Assembly: GCA_021324335.1 (NCBI GenBank)
Contig: JAJPJH010000107.1
Coordinates: 7,362 to 71,361, forward strand
Source of the DNA: Gammaproteobacteria bacterium
Lineage (GTDB): Bacteria; Pseudomonadota; Gammaproteobacteria; DSM-16500
Length of the DNA: 64,000 nt
Direction: 5' to 3'
Shown here: positions 20,982 to 29,462 of the stretch, in pieces
How the letters are laid out: every line of letters starts with the position of its first letter
Numbering within the stretch: position 1 is the stretch's first letter
The notes under the pieces: model-generated
Told to the model about the DNA's origin: nothing
Databases searched by the model: none
The model's input: the letters and a program-made list of their open reading frames with translations, nothing else
Made by a program: the position numbers and the translations under genes

Positions 20982-22697
20982 CTGAGAGGGGCGATAGAGC
21001 GTAAATTTTCGATAGCGTCGTAATAGCAATGCGTATTGCCTTAGTTTTTTAGCATAATACATTGCTAAATCGGCTTTGTTGATGAGCTCTTCTGCTGTTT
21101 GAGCATCCTCGGGATAGAGGCTGATGCCAATGCTGAAGGTAGGGTTTATTTTAATATTATCAATTTGGATAGGCAGAGTGAGGCTTGCTAGAATCGCAGC
21201 GATTCTATTTGCTATTGCTTCTCTGTCTTCCACGTTGTTAAGAAACAATATAAATTCATCACTGGATAATCTTGCGACGATATCTCTTTCTTGAAGAGCA
21301 TTTTTTATGCTGTAGGCTATTTGCTTTAAAAATTTATCGCCTACTTCATGCCCATAAGAATCATTAATTTTCTTAAATTTATCGACATCAATAAATAAAA
21401 CAGCAAGTTTTTTATGATGACGTTCAGCATTGTTTAATGCCTGCTGTAAGAGTTCATTAAAAAAGGTACGGTTGGGTAATTCTGTCAGCGTGTCATAATA
21501 AGCAATTTGACGCAGTAATTTTTCATCCTGTCTGAGTTTTTCTTCTATGGTTTTCTGTTTGCTCATTTCTTGAAATAAATTACGATTTAAATGGGATAAT
21601 CGTTCCAAATCTTTCGTGCGTCGAGAAATACGGTATTTCAATTGTTCTTGCGAGAGTTCTATCACTTCTAACATGCAATTAACCGCACTAATCATTTCCG
21701 TTAATTCATCTTGACCAGAGATTTTAATACGTTTATGGAAATCACTTTGCGAATTGATAGTAATCACTTGCTTAATAGCATTGGTAATTCGATTGAGCAC
21801 AAGTATTTTTAATAGCAGCATCATTGTTAATAAGATAATGACGCCTAATATCACGACAATAGTTAAATAGTGATAGATAGTATTAACCCCTTCGTTATAA
21901 ACAGTACGAGGAGTTTCTATTTGTAATAGGCCAAGTGGTTGGTTATTAATATCTCTTAGCAACGTGAAGCCATAAGCAATCTCGTTATTTTTAGGCGTAA
22001 GATAATAATTTTCGCCTGCTATTAAATGGGAATAAGCTGTGTTCAGTAAGTTGTTGGAAGGGGATAGAGGTAGTGGCAGAAAGTTTACTTTTAATTCTAC
22101 CGTTTCAGTGATTTTTTTAAAGAAATTATCAGTGAGGTAGTAACCCATTAACAAGGCACCATGAATGGGTCCTTTTCCATCACTTGTCAAGATGGGTAAT
22201 GAACTCATAACAATATTTCCTTCCTGCGTTTTCAAAATACCAGTATGGCTAGAGGTAATACTGGCATGTGTGACAAAAGCAGGATGCGCTTCAAGATAAT
22301 TAATTAAATCCCGGGGCACAGGGATAAACGCCTTCTGATTTAAATCATATGCTTTCCCCGCATAAAATTTTCCAGCAGGCGTGAAGAGGAGAAAGAAATT
22401 GATGTTAGAGCTGGTAAAAGTGCCGGGGGTAAAGCTGGAATTAATAAATTTATCGTTAATGGCAGTCATAAATGTATAAGCATCATCCCATTCAGACCAG
22501 GAATTCGTATAGAGTTGCAGAGCGGCTAGTCTATTATCAATCGCTTTTTGGACACGATGAATATCTTTTAAGGCAAGTTTTTGTTCTATTTTTTGATAAT
22601 CGGATTCAAGAATCATTTTTGAGTCGATATAAATGACCAAGCAAATAACAATCCATACGCCAGCAATGATCATTAATACTTTAGATTGTAACTTCAT
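20943..22697 (-). CDS. membrane sensor protein: periplasmic CHASE4-like domain, HAMP, coiled coil, GGDEF domain with degenerate SSDEF active-site motif
   Basis: N-terminal TM helix, about 250-aa extracytoplasmic domain, second TM helix, then LTELPNRTFF...FIDVDKFKKINDSYGHEVGDKFL...VARLSSDEFILFL. Its 3' end overlaps fabV convergently by 39 nt. Confidence 0.8.
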   Translation of the reverse strand: MKLQSKVLMIIAGVWIVICLVIYIDSKMILESDYQKIEQKLALKDIHRVQKAIDNRLAALQLYTNSWSEWDDAYTFMTAINDKFINSSFTPGTFTSSNINFFLLFTPAGKFYAGKAYDLNQKAFIPVPRDLINYLEAHPAFVTHASITSSHTGILKTQEGNIVMSSLPILTSDGKGPIHGALLMGYYLTDNFFKKITETVELKVNFLPLPLSPSNNLLNTAYSHLIAGENYYLTPKNNEIAYGFTLLRDINNQPLGLLQIETPRTVYNEGVNTIYHYLTIVVILGVIILLTMMLLLKILVLNRITNAIKQVITINSQSDFHKRIKISGQDELTEMISAVNCMLEVIELSQEQLKYRISRRTKDLERLSHLNRNLFQEMSKQKTIEEKLRQDEKLLRQIAYYDTLTELPNRTFFNELLQQALNNAERHHKKLAVLFIDVDKFKKINDSYGHEVGDKFLKQIAYSIKNALQERDIVARLSSDEFILFLNNVEDREAIANRIAAILASLTLPIQIDNIKINPTFSIGISLYPEDAQTAEELINKADLAMYYAKKLRQYALLLRRYRKFTLYRPSQLGVHVGVVIHTA

Positions 22698-22837
22698 GCG
22701 GGTTACCCTCTTTCTTTCATCATAGCAGAATTAGGGTTGCTGAAGATGGGTAGATCCTGAACCTAAGTTGCGTTTAGAATGTACCGAACGGTTAATGGCT
22801 TCATTATTGTAAATAAAAAGTGCTAATAGGATAAATT

Positions 22838-23374
22838 ATGTTAAAAAAAGTACTTATTGCGAGTGTTATGTTAGGTGGGTGTGTTTCTAATGCGTTTGCT
22901 GGTTTTTATATGGGCCCCCTGGTGGCTTATGACAGTATTACCTCCCATGGCATTGGCTATCTGGATATTAATCCGCGCTTATCAGCAGGCTATGGTGATG
23001 TGATTAGGGATTCGGTGTATTTGGCAGGTGAAGCATTTTTAGGCCCCAAATCATTTACGGTCAAAAATAGTCCCACTGACCAAGGTAGTTTGAGAACTTC
23101 CTACAATTATGGTTTTAGCCTTCTCCCCGGATATTGGCTAGATGATGTGATATTAGCGTATGCACGATTAGGGATAATTGAGACGCATTTTAGCAGTAAT
23201 GAGGTGGATGAAACACGGCGGGGTTATCAAGTGGGGGCGGGGATACAGACAAACTTGTCTACAACGTGGAGCATCCGGGGTGAATATGCCCATACGTCGT
23301 ATGTGACCGTGGATAATCTCGGCAAACCAAAAGCAGATCAATTTGGGATAGGGCTAATCTATCACTACACTTAA
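22838..23374 (+). CDS. small outer-membrane beta-barrel protein (OmpA-like transmembrane / OMP_b-brl type)
   Basis: Signal peptide, alternating hydrophobic beta-strand pattern, aromatic C-terminus GIGLIYHYT. Confidence 0.7.
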   Translation: MLKKVLIASVMLGGCVSNAFAGFYMGPLVAYDSITSHGIGYLDINPRLSAGYGDVIRDSVYLAGEAFLGPKSFTVKNSPTDQGSLRTSYNYGFSLLPGYWLDDVILAYARLGIIETHFSSNEVDETRRGYQVGAGIQTNLSTTWSIRGEYAHTSYVTVDNLGKPKADQFGIGLIYHYT

Positions 23375-23397
23375 AAATCAAGCAACAAGGAAAAGAC

Positions 23398-23991
23398 ATG
23401 CGAACAAGGATTGTTCAATGCGTTATAGCTTTACTTATCAACACCCTTTTTTTGGCAGGCTGTACGGATATGGCAACCAATGTTGCGGTAACAGGTGCAC
23501 AAGCTGTTTATAACCAGCATAGTTTACAGAAACAATGGGAAGACCAATACATTAGTATGCAGGCATTTAGGGCATTGGATGTGGATGATACCCGTTTTAA
23601 GAATGCGAATATTTCTATTGCCACTTTCAATAATGAGGTATTGCTGGCAGGCCAAACGCCTTATGCATGGCAGCGAGCCATGGCAGAGGATAGGGTGAAA
23701 CAAATACCCGATGTGAAGCGGGTTTATAATCTCATCACTGTCTCTTCGCCATCTTCGCCCTTAACGCGAATGAGTGATGCTTGGATTACCGCGAAAATAA
23801 AAGCAAAATTAATTGCTTCAAGTGATGTGGATGCGACCCAAGTGAAAGTTGTTACTGAAAATGGGACGGTTTACCTCATGGGCATTTTATTGCCCAGTGA
23901 AGCACAAGCCGCCGTAGACTTGGCTCGCACCACGGATGGTGTTGAAAGAGTTGTTAAGGTATTTTCGTACCTAAGAATTAGCAGAACCTAA
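23398..23991 (+). CDS. dolP: dual-BON-domain lipoprotein (DolP/YraP, OsmY-like)
   Basis: Lipobox LFLAGC, followed by two BON-like modules (NISIATFNNEVLLAGQ and VKVVTENGTVYLMG). 197 aa, the size of YraP. Confidence 0.75.
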   Translation: MRTRIVQCVIALLINTLFLAGCTDMATNVAVTGAQAVYNQHSLQKQWEDQYISMQAFRALDVDDTRFKNANISIATFNNEVLLAGQTPYAWQRAMAEDRVKQIPDVKRVYNLITVSSPSSPLTRMSDAWITAKIKAKLIASSDVDATQVKVVTENGTVYLMGILLPSEAQAAVDLARTTDGVERVVKVFSYLRISRT

Positions 23992-23998
23992 AATAGAA

Positions 23999-24145
23999 TT
24001 ATTTTTGTGCTTCTTCTTGAAGAGCTTTTCCACCTTGCTGCATATCTTGACCAAATCCTTTGACGGTATTGCAGCCGTTTAACAACATAGCGCCCATAAA
24101 AGTCGCAACTAATGCCAATAAAACAGATTTAACACGATATTTCAT
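23999..24145 (-). CDS. entericidin-like small lipoprotein (48 aa)
   Basis: Internal start at 24145 (GGAG upstream). The product MKYRVKSVLLALVATFMGAMLLNGCNTVKGFGQDMQQGGKALQEEAQK has lipobox LLNGC followed by NTxxGxGxD, as in EcnA/EcnB. Confidence 0.7.
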   Translation of the reverse strand: MKYRVKSVLLALVATFMGAMLLNGCNTVKGFGQDMQQGGKALQEEAQK

Positions 24146-24179
24146 GTTCTCTTCTCCATTTTGTTTACGTATCGATTTC

Positions 24180-24413
24180 TTACATTGCCCCGTCGTTACC
24201 AAATGCTGCACAGAATTTACTTTTCGTCATGCAATCATTATAACGATAACCCGGATCAGTACAGGAACAAGGGCTTTCTGAGGCGCTTTCACAATAAGAA
24301 GAATCATCCCCGCAACCGTCTTTATAGCAGCCATAACCGCCGCAATCAGCAAGTACATTCGTACTAATCAAAATAGCTAGACATCCCATTGAAAGTGCGG
24401 CCTTTATTTTCAT
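24180..24413 (-). CDS. small secreted Cys-rich acidic peptide (8 Cys in ~55-aa mature part)
   Basis: Signal peptide MKIKAALSMGCLAILISTNVLA, then DCGGYGCYKDGCGDDSSYCESASESPCSCTDPGYRYNDCMTKSKFCAAFGNDGAM. It lies 34 bp upstream of the entericidin-like gene on the same strand. Confidence 0.6.
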   Translation of the reverse strand: MKIKAALSMGCLAILISTNVLADCGGYGCYKDGCGDDSSYCESASESPCSCTDPGYRYNDCMTKSKFCAAFGNDGAM

Positions 24414-24578
24414 GCTGCAGTCCTCCTGACATATCCATATGCCTATTATAACATTGATAAATCAGGAACTTGGTAATAAACCGTAACCCAATGTTTTTTA
24501 AGATAAGCTACGTTTAATTTCTTATTCATATTGCGAAAGCGCTGTTGTAATATTAACACTTTTACAGGGAAGTTTAAA

Positions 24579-25595
24579 ATGAAACAATTTCAGGTATACG
24601 GGATAGGGAACGCGTTAGTCGATATCGATTTCGAAGTAAGTCTAGAAACCATTCAGCGTCTCAATATCAATAAAGGGGTGATGACACTCATCGATGAAGC
24701 AATGCATCATCGATTATTAGAAGAATTAGATGGTGTGAAGCATTTAAAAGAATGTGGTGGCTCAGCAGCAAATACCGTGGTGACCATGCAGCAGTTGGGT
24801 GCCAAAACGTTTTATTCCTGTCGTGTAGCAAATGATGAGGCTGGCAAGTTTTTTTATCAAAATTTAACAGCGCAAGGTATTAATACCAATTTACATAATG
24901 GCTTGCGTGAAGGTGTCACAGGGAAATGCATAGTCTTGGTTACGCCTGATGCTGATCGCACCATGAATACTTTTTTAGGAGTGACAGCGCAATTTTCCAA
25001 AGAAGATTTATCTGAGACAGCTTTAAAGAATGCGGAGTATCTATACATAGAAGGTTATTTGGCTGCCTCTCCTTCGGGTCATGAAGCGGCTGTTGTTTCA
25101 CGTCAACTGGCAGAGAAATATCATGTTAAGACGGCATTGAGTTTATCTGATCCGAATATGGTGATTTATTTTAAAGATAATTTACATGCCATGATAGGAA
25201 ATAAAGTGGATATTTTATTTTGTAATTCTCAAGAAGCATTTCTCTTTACAGAGACTGATCAATTATCAAAAGCCAAAGAATTACTGAAGCACTATGCTCG
25301 AACTTTTATTATTACGTTAGGCGGCGAAGGTGCGTTGGTTTATAACGGTCAAGAATTCTTTCATGTTCCAGCCTATAAAGTGCCGGTAGTGGATACAGTG
25401 GGGGCAGGGGATGTATTCGCAGGTGCTTTCTTATATGGCATTACGCATAGTTATGGTTATTTTGCTGCAGCTAATATTGCTAGCTTTGCAGCTTCTAAAG
25501 TCGTTGCTAAATTTGGTCCGCGATTGAATCAAGCGGAAATAAGAGAAGTTCGGCAGATGATTGAGGTGATGAGTGACCAGTCGGTGTATGCTTGA
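24579..25595 (+). CDS. PfkB-family kinase, adenosine kinase-like
   Basis: I prefer the start at MKQFQVYGIGNALVDIDF (24579). Ribokinase/PfkB signature DTVGAGDVFAGAFLYG. The layout is adenosine-kinase-like. Confidence 0.8.
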   Translation: MKQFQVYGIGNALVDIDFEVSLETIQRLNINKGVMTLIDEAMHHRLLEELDGVKHLKECGGSAANTVVTMQQLGAKTFYSCRVANDEAGKFFYQNLTAQGINTNLHNGLREGVTGKCIVLVTPDADRTMNTFLGVTAQFSKEDLSETALKNAEYLYIEGYLAASPSGHEAAVVSRQLAEKYHVKTALSLSDPNMVIYFKDNLHAMIGNKVDILFCNSQEAFLFTETDQLSKAKELLKHYARTFIITLGGEGALVYNGQEFFHVPAYKVPVVDTVGAGDVFAGAFLYGITHSYGYFAAANIASFAASKVVAKFGPRLNQAEIREVRQMIEVMSDQSVYA

Positions 25596-25626
25596 TGAAT
25601 AAGAAAATAATCTTGCGCCAAAAAGA

Positions 25627-25657
25627 TGTCATCCCGGCGAAGGTTCGTCGGGATTGA
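25627..25657. repeat. REP-like palindromic unit, variant of the 17.8-kb family
   Basis: gtcatcccggcgaaggttcgtcgggattgac is an imperfect hairpin with GTCA...TGAC ends. It sits between convergent genes. Confidence 0.55.
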
Positions 25658-25675
25658 CAGTGGCTACTACTTAAA

Positions 25676-26053
25676 TTAATTAACCGTGCAACGTAATTTT
25701 TCAACGCGCGTTTGGTCTGCTTTCGTTACTAAATTACCATAGATAGTGAGGGTTTGATTTGGATTAACAGTGACATTGCAAGAATCAGGTAAGCCTTGTG
25801 GATAGATGCGATAGGTATTGAGATTCGCCACAAAGATTTTTTCCATATCGAACGAATGGAACACAGGATAAACCTTTCCTTTCTTTGCTGCTGCATGAAT
25901 GCTTAAGCAACCGACATCTGGTAAGCAAAGGAAATAACGATTATCTGCTAGTGCCCCGGAAATTTTAATACTCACATTCGCTGCATTCATATCTGCTGCA
26001 GAAGCGAATTGTATGCAACCTACCGTTGCCAGGATGGCAAAAAACTTCTTCAT
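25676..26053 (-). CDS. secreted hypothetical protein
   Basis: 125 aa with signal peptide MKKFFAILATVGCIQFASA. No family recognised. Confidence 0.6.
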   Translation of the reverse strand: MKKFFAILATVGCIQFASAADMNAANVSIKISGALADNRYFLCLPDVGCLSIHAAAKKGKVYPVFHSFDMEKIFVANLNTYRIYPQGLPDSCNVTVNPNQTLTIYGNLVTKADQTRVEKLRCTVN

Positions 26054-26103
26054 TTTCTCTTACCTCGTTGTGTGGATGGAAGTTGTTATGTACAAAATTT
26101 TAA

Positions 26104-26334
26104 CAGAAGAGGATTAAGGGATCCTTATCATAGTGGATAGGAGGATAAAAAAGATCACTGTTATCGTCAAGCAGAGAAGGAAATTTCATATTTTACAAAT
26201 AGATACATAATTAGAATGTGGTTTTAAACCACATATATAAGATCATATATAAGGTAGTAGGCTAAAAGGAAGAATTGGGGGTATTTAGGGAGGGGGAAAA
26301 AAAAGAGGTAAGCAACTGCTTACCTCTTTTCGGA
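26104..26334 (+). ncRNA. candidate GGA-rich (CsrA/RsmA-titrating, RsmY/Z-like) small RNA; hypothetical
   Basis: There are 12 GGA trinucleotides on the + strand in 26074-26334, against a single TCC. Several lie in predicted hairpin loops or single-stranded stretches (aggat-taaggg-atcct; tagtg-gataggaggataaaaaaga-tcact). A hairpin lies at 26216-26234. A terminal hairpin at 26302-26329 is followed by TTTT. A possible -35/-10 pair is TTGTGT (26068) N17 TACAAA (26091). No experimental support. Confidence 0.3.
26297..26329 (-). terminator. rho-independent terminator of the OMP gene 26346..27092
   Basis: 12-bp perfect stem aaagaggtaagc / gcttacctcttt with loop aact. On the minus strand it is followed by a run of T (the A-run 26297-26304 on +). 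Confidence 0.8.
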
Positions 26335-26345
26335 TAGGTTGTGAA

Positions 26346-27092
26346 TTAACTAAAGTGATAAATCACGCCCAATGTATAGAGATTATCCGATGGATTGTAC
26401 TTGGTATTGTAGCTGCTGGTAAAGTCGTTGTACCAAGTATGAGAGAATTCACCACGGAGACTCCAATTGTCATATACAAGCGTTTCCATACCAACGCCAA
26501 AGTTAAAGCCATTGCTGGTGTGGGAGTCGCTGGTGGAATCGTTATCGCCTAGGAGAGAGGTGTTTTCTACTGATTTCAGGCGAGCCCAGTTCCAGCCTAA
26601 GCGGATGTAACCTAGGGTGCCATCATTCACTCTAATACCTGGAAGCAATGCTAAACCATAGCTTGCATGCGTTTCAAACTTGGATTGATATGAAGCGTTG
26701 GTAACTTGAGCACTCCAAGTGGAGTTAGAATTTTCGTAGTTAGCGAAAATTTCACCACCCAGGTAGAAGAGGTCAGTTAAATATTGACCATAACCTAGGA
26801 AGAGTCCTCCTAACCAAGCGTTATCAGCCACTTGAGGGTTAGCAGTGAAATTGACTTCATTTGCATCGCCTGGAGTACTTACGCTTTCACGAACTTTCCA
26901 AGAATCGTAACCAGCTTGAGCACCGAGGTATAAGCCGTCTTTCAACATCTTCGGTGGTGGGCATGGAACAGCGATTTCTTCTTTATAAGTTTCACCTTTG
27001 TAGTTTTTTGCTTTCGCAAAAGCTACGCCAGTGCTTGACGCTAATATCAATGAAGCTGCTAAACATTTCATAGAAAATGATGAGAGTTTCAT
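26346..27092 (-). CDS. outer-membrane beta-barrel protein (porin/OMP_b-brl family)
   Basis: Signal peptide ending VAFA, alternating beta-strand pattern, C-terminal LGVIYHFS. It is a paralogue-type of 22838..23374 (shared ...WS(I/L)RGE(Y/F)(A/S)HT... and IYH(Y/F) ends). Confidence 0.75.
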   Translation of the reverse strand: MKLSSFSMKCLAASLILASSTGVAFAKAKNYKGETYKEEIAVPCPPPKMLKDGLYLGAQAGYDSWKVRESVSTPGDANEVNFTANPQVADNAWLGGLFLGYGQYLTDLFYLGGEIFANYENSNSTWSAQVTNASYQSKFETHASYGLALLPGIRVNDGTLGYIRLGWNWARLKSVENTSLLGDNDSTSDSHTSNGFNFGVGMETLVYDNWSLRGEFSHTWYNDFTSSYNTKYNPSDNLYTLGVIYHFS

Positions 27093-27280
27093 GCATGTCT
27101 CCTTAGTAAATCGGTTGCAACATTCCTTGATTAGATTTCATCACGGATCATATCAAAGAGTATACAAACACATACCTTACCTAATTTTTTTAAAGATGAC
27201 AACAGGTTAAATCATTAATCTTGCTTAGGGTTTTGCCTATGTCTAATTTATTACCGAATATTGTTTATATTGCGATCGAT

Positions 27281-28246
27281 TTAGATAGCATCGCTCGGTC
27301 TTGCCATTGCAAAATTCACATTATGCTTCCAAGGTGAACCTATTTTCCATGCGTAAGCAGAGGGTTGATATGTATTAGGATCTACTTTTAACAATAATGT
27401 ACCAATACCAATACCCGAGGTACGTCGTTGTCGCGTATCTTGGCTATGTCCTGCTGATGCAGAGTCAGCGACGCGAACCAAGAAAGCATCTTCCTCTGAC
27501 TCTTGAATAGGTTTATCCATAACGATCATTACATGACCACCCGTTTCATTGCCGCGAGCATTTTTATAACGGAAGACAAGAATATCGCCAGCTTTGAGTT
27601 CTTCCACATCTTCTACTTTATTCCAATAGTAAGAAGATTTTTCAGATAGGTTAGTAAAAAAGTCGTAATAATCTTGGGTAGTCGGTACCTCCGAGCGGCT
27701 TGAACCTACCAGGGTGGAATAAGCATGGGGATAGATTGCCTGAAGGATATGATCCACATAACGAGAACAATCGACAATATAAATTCCATGTGATGTATCA
27801 AAGCGAGATCCGCCTAATTTATAGGCGCTATAACGCAAGGTATTGACTGTTTTATGGACAAAACTAATTAAACGCTGTTCCATTGAAGCCATAAACCCTG
27901 GGGGCGGATCCTCGACAATAGGAGGATTGGTATTAATTTGAGCATGATATTGCTTTGAAGCATGCGTAACAGGAGAATGTTTATGGCGAGATTTCTTTTT
28001 GGCTTTTTTGGCGGTTGAATGAGTAGTATTAGGCGATTGTTTGGTAGAAGAACGCGTAGGCGTTGTCGTTTTCTTTTTAACTTGAGTTTGATTGAAAGAA
28101 TATTTTGCTGCAGCACTGACCGGCTTTTGTTGAGCAGCATTCGCTTGAGTCGGGGCAGCAAAACAAACATGCGTACTACACACTAAGGCAGCAGCAATAA
28201 TGATAAGCTGCTTTATTCCACGTTGCACGATATGGGAAACTCGCAT
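27281..28246 (-). CDS. secreted NlpC/P60-like (papain-fold) hydrolase with long basic low-complexity linker
   Basis: Signal peptide, then a Lys/Thr/Ser/Gln-rich region. The C-terminal domain has YKLGGSRFDTSHGIYIVDCSRYV (Cys), AGDILVFRY...GGHVMIVMD (His) and VADSASAGH. Confidence 0.55.
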   Translation of the reverse strand: MRVSHIVQRGIKQLIIIAAALVCSTHVCFAAPTQANAAQQKPVSAAAKYSFNQTQVKKKTTTPTRSSTKQSPNTTHSTAKKAKKKSRHKHSPVTHASKQYHAQINTNPPIVEDPPPGFMASMEQRLISFVHKTVNTLRYSAYKLGGSRFDTSHGIYIVDCSRYVDHILQAIYPHAYSTLVGSSRSEVPTTQDYYDFFTNLSEKSSYYWNKVEDVEELKAGDILVFRYKNARGNETGGHVMIVMDKPIQESEEDAFLVRVADSASAGHSQDTRQRRTSGIGIGTLLLKVDPNTYQPSAYAWKIGSPWKHNVNFAMARPSDAI

Positions 28247-28370
28247 GTCGTTATCCTGTTATCTATAAATTGATTAAGATTTTAACTTATTATGCGTGCT
28301 TGTCTACTAATGAGATTTGTGTTGTTTAATCTTTTCACATTACAATGAGAAATCTGTTTGAGGAAAAGAC

Positions 28371-29408
28371 ATGGAACAAGCTAAGAAGCAAATTTTGATC
28401 ATTTTTGGATTAGTGGTATTTATTTGGCTAGTCTATTTGTTATCGTCTATTTTAACTCCTTTTTTATTAGGCGCATTGCTTGCTTATTTGACCAATCCCT
28501 TGGTTAAACGTTTAGATCATGTCGGTATGCCGCACACATTAAGTGTAGTCGCAATATTTTTGGGATTGATTGTCATTCTTTTATTTTTAGTTTTATTACT
28601 ATTTCCTTTGATTCAACATCAAATCGATACCCTTATTAATGCGGTTCCTCAGATGATCACTTGGCTGCAAGAAAAGCTGCTGCCATGGGTGAAGTCATAT
28701 GTGAACATTGATAATTTAAAAACGACGGTATCTGCCTCCATCTCAAAAACCGGTTTAGTATTGAGTGCAGTGGTGTCTTCTGGTCATACGCTGATGACGT
28801 GGTTGATTAATCTAGTGTTGATTCCTGTTGTTATGTTTTATTTGCTGCGAGATTGGGATAGTTTCCTAGAGGGTATTCGTAATTTATTACCTCGTGCTAT
28901 CGAGCCAACCGTGGTTAAGCTTGCCAAAGAATGTGATGCAGTGTTGAGTGAATTCTTTCGTGGACAGTTATTAGTGATGCTGGGTATGTGTGTTATTTAT
29001 AGTCTAGGGTTGACGATCGCAGGATTACAGATTGGTGTGGTATTAGGGGTGGCAGGCGGTATCTTAAGTATTGTGCCTTACTTGGGAGCGATTTTTGTGT
29101 TGGTTTTTTCTTCCATTGCTGCATTAGTTGAATATGGAACTTGGCAGGCGTTAGTTTGGGTATGGGCGGTTTATTTAATTGGCCAAGCTATGGAGGCTTA
29201 TCTCTTAACACCGTATTTAGTGGGAGAACGAATTGGGTTGCATCCGGTTGCGGTGATTTTTGCGATCTTGGCGGGAGGTGCATTGTTTGGTTTCTTTGGA
29301 GTGTTGATTGCTTTGCCAGCAGCAGCGGTAATTATGGTGTTAGTACGATTTTTGAATCATCATTATCATATGAGTGAGTTTTATAATCATCAGGCGAATG
29401 GTAGATAG
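28371..29408 (+). CDS. AI-2E family transporter (PerM/YdiK-like permease)
   Basis: 345 aa, 7-8 TM helices, and typical motifs LLGALLAYL, ILSIVPYLG, LLTPYLVGERIGLHPV. Confidence 0.85.
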   Translation: MEQAKKQILIIFGLVVFIWLVYLLSSILTPFLLGALLAYLTNPLVKRLDHVGMPHTLSVVAIFLGLIVILLFLVLLLFPLIQHQIDTLINAVPQMITWLQEKLLPWVKSYVNIDNLKTTVSASISKTGLVLSAVVSSGHTLMTWLINLVLIPVVMFYLLRDWDSFLEGIRNLLPRAIEPTVVKLAKECDAVLSEFFRGQLLVMLGMCVIYSLGLTIAGLQIGVVLGVAGGILSIVPYLGAIFVLVFSSIAALVEYGTWQALVWVWAVYLIGQAMEAYLLTPYLVGERIGLHPVAVIFAILAGGALFGFFGVLIALPAAAVIMVLVRFLNHHYHMSEFYNHQANGR

Positions 29409-29462
29409 TGACGAACTTTTTATTGTGGAGAGGGGCGGCGTGAGCCGCCTCTTACTCGATCA

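Noticed and set aside
29430-29453. GC-rich hairpin (ggcggc gtga gccgcc, extendable) between convergent perM-like and coiled-coil genes as an intrinsic terminator
   Set aside because: The hairpin is real, but there is no U-tract on either strand. I did not list it as a terminator. It may still act as a stabiliser or factor-dependent stop.
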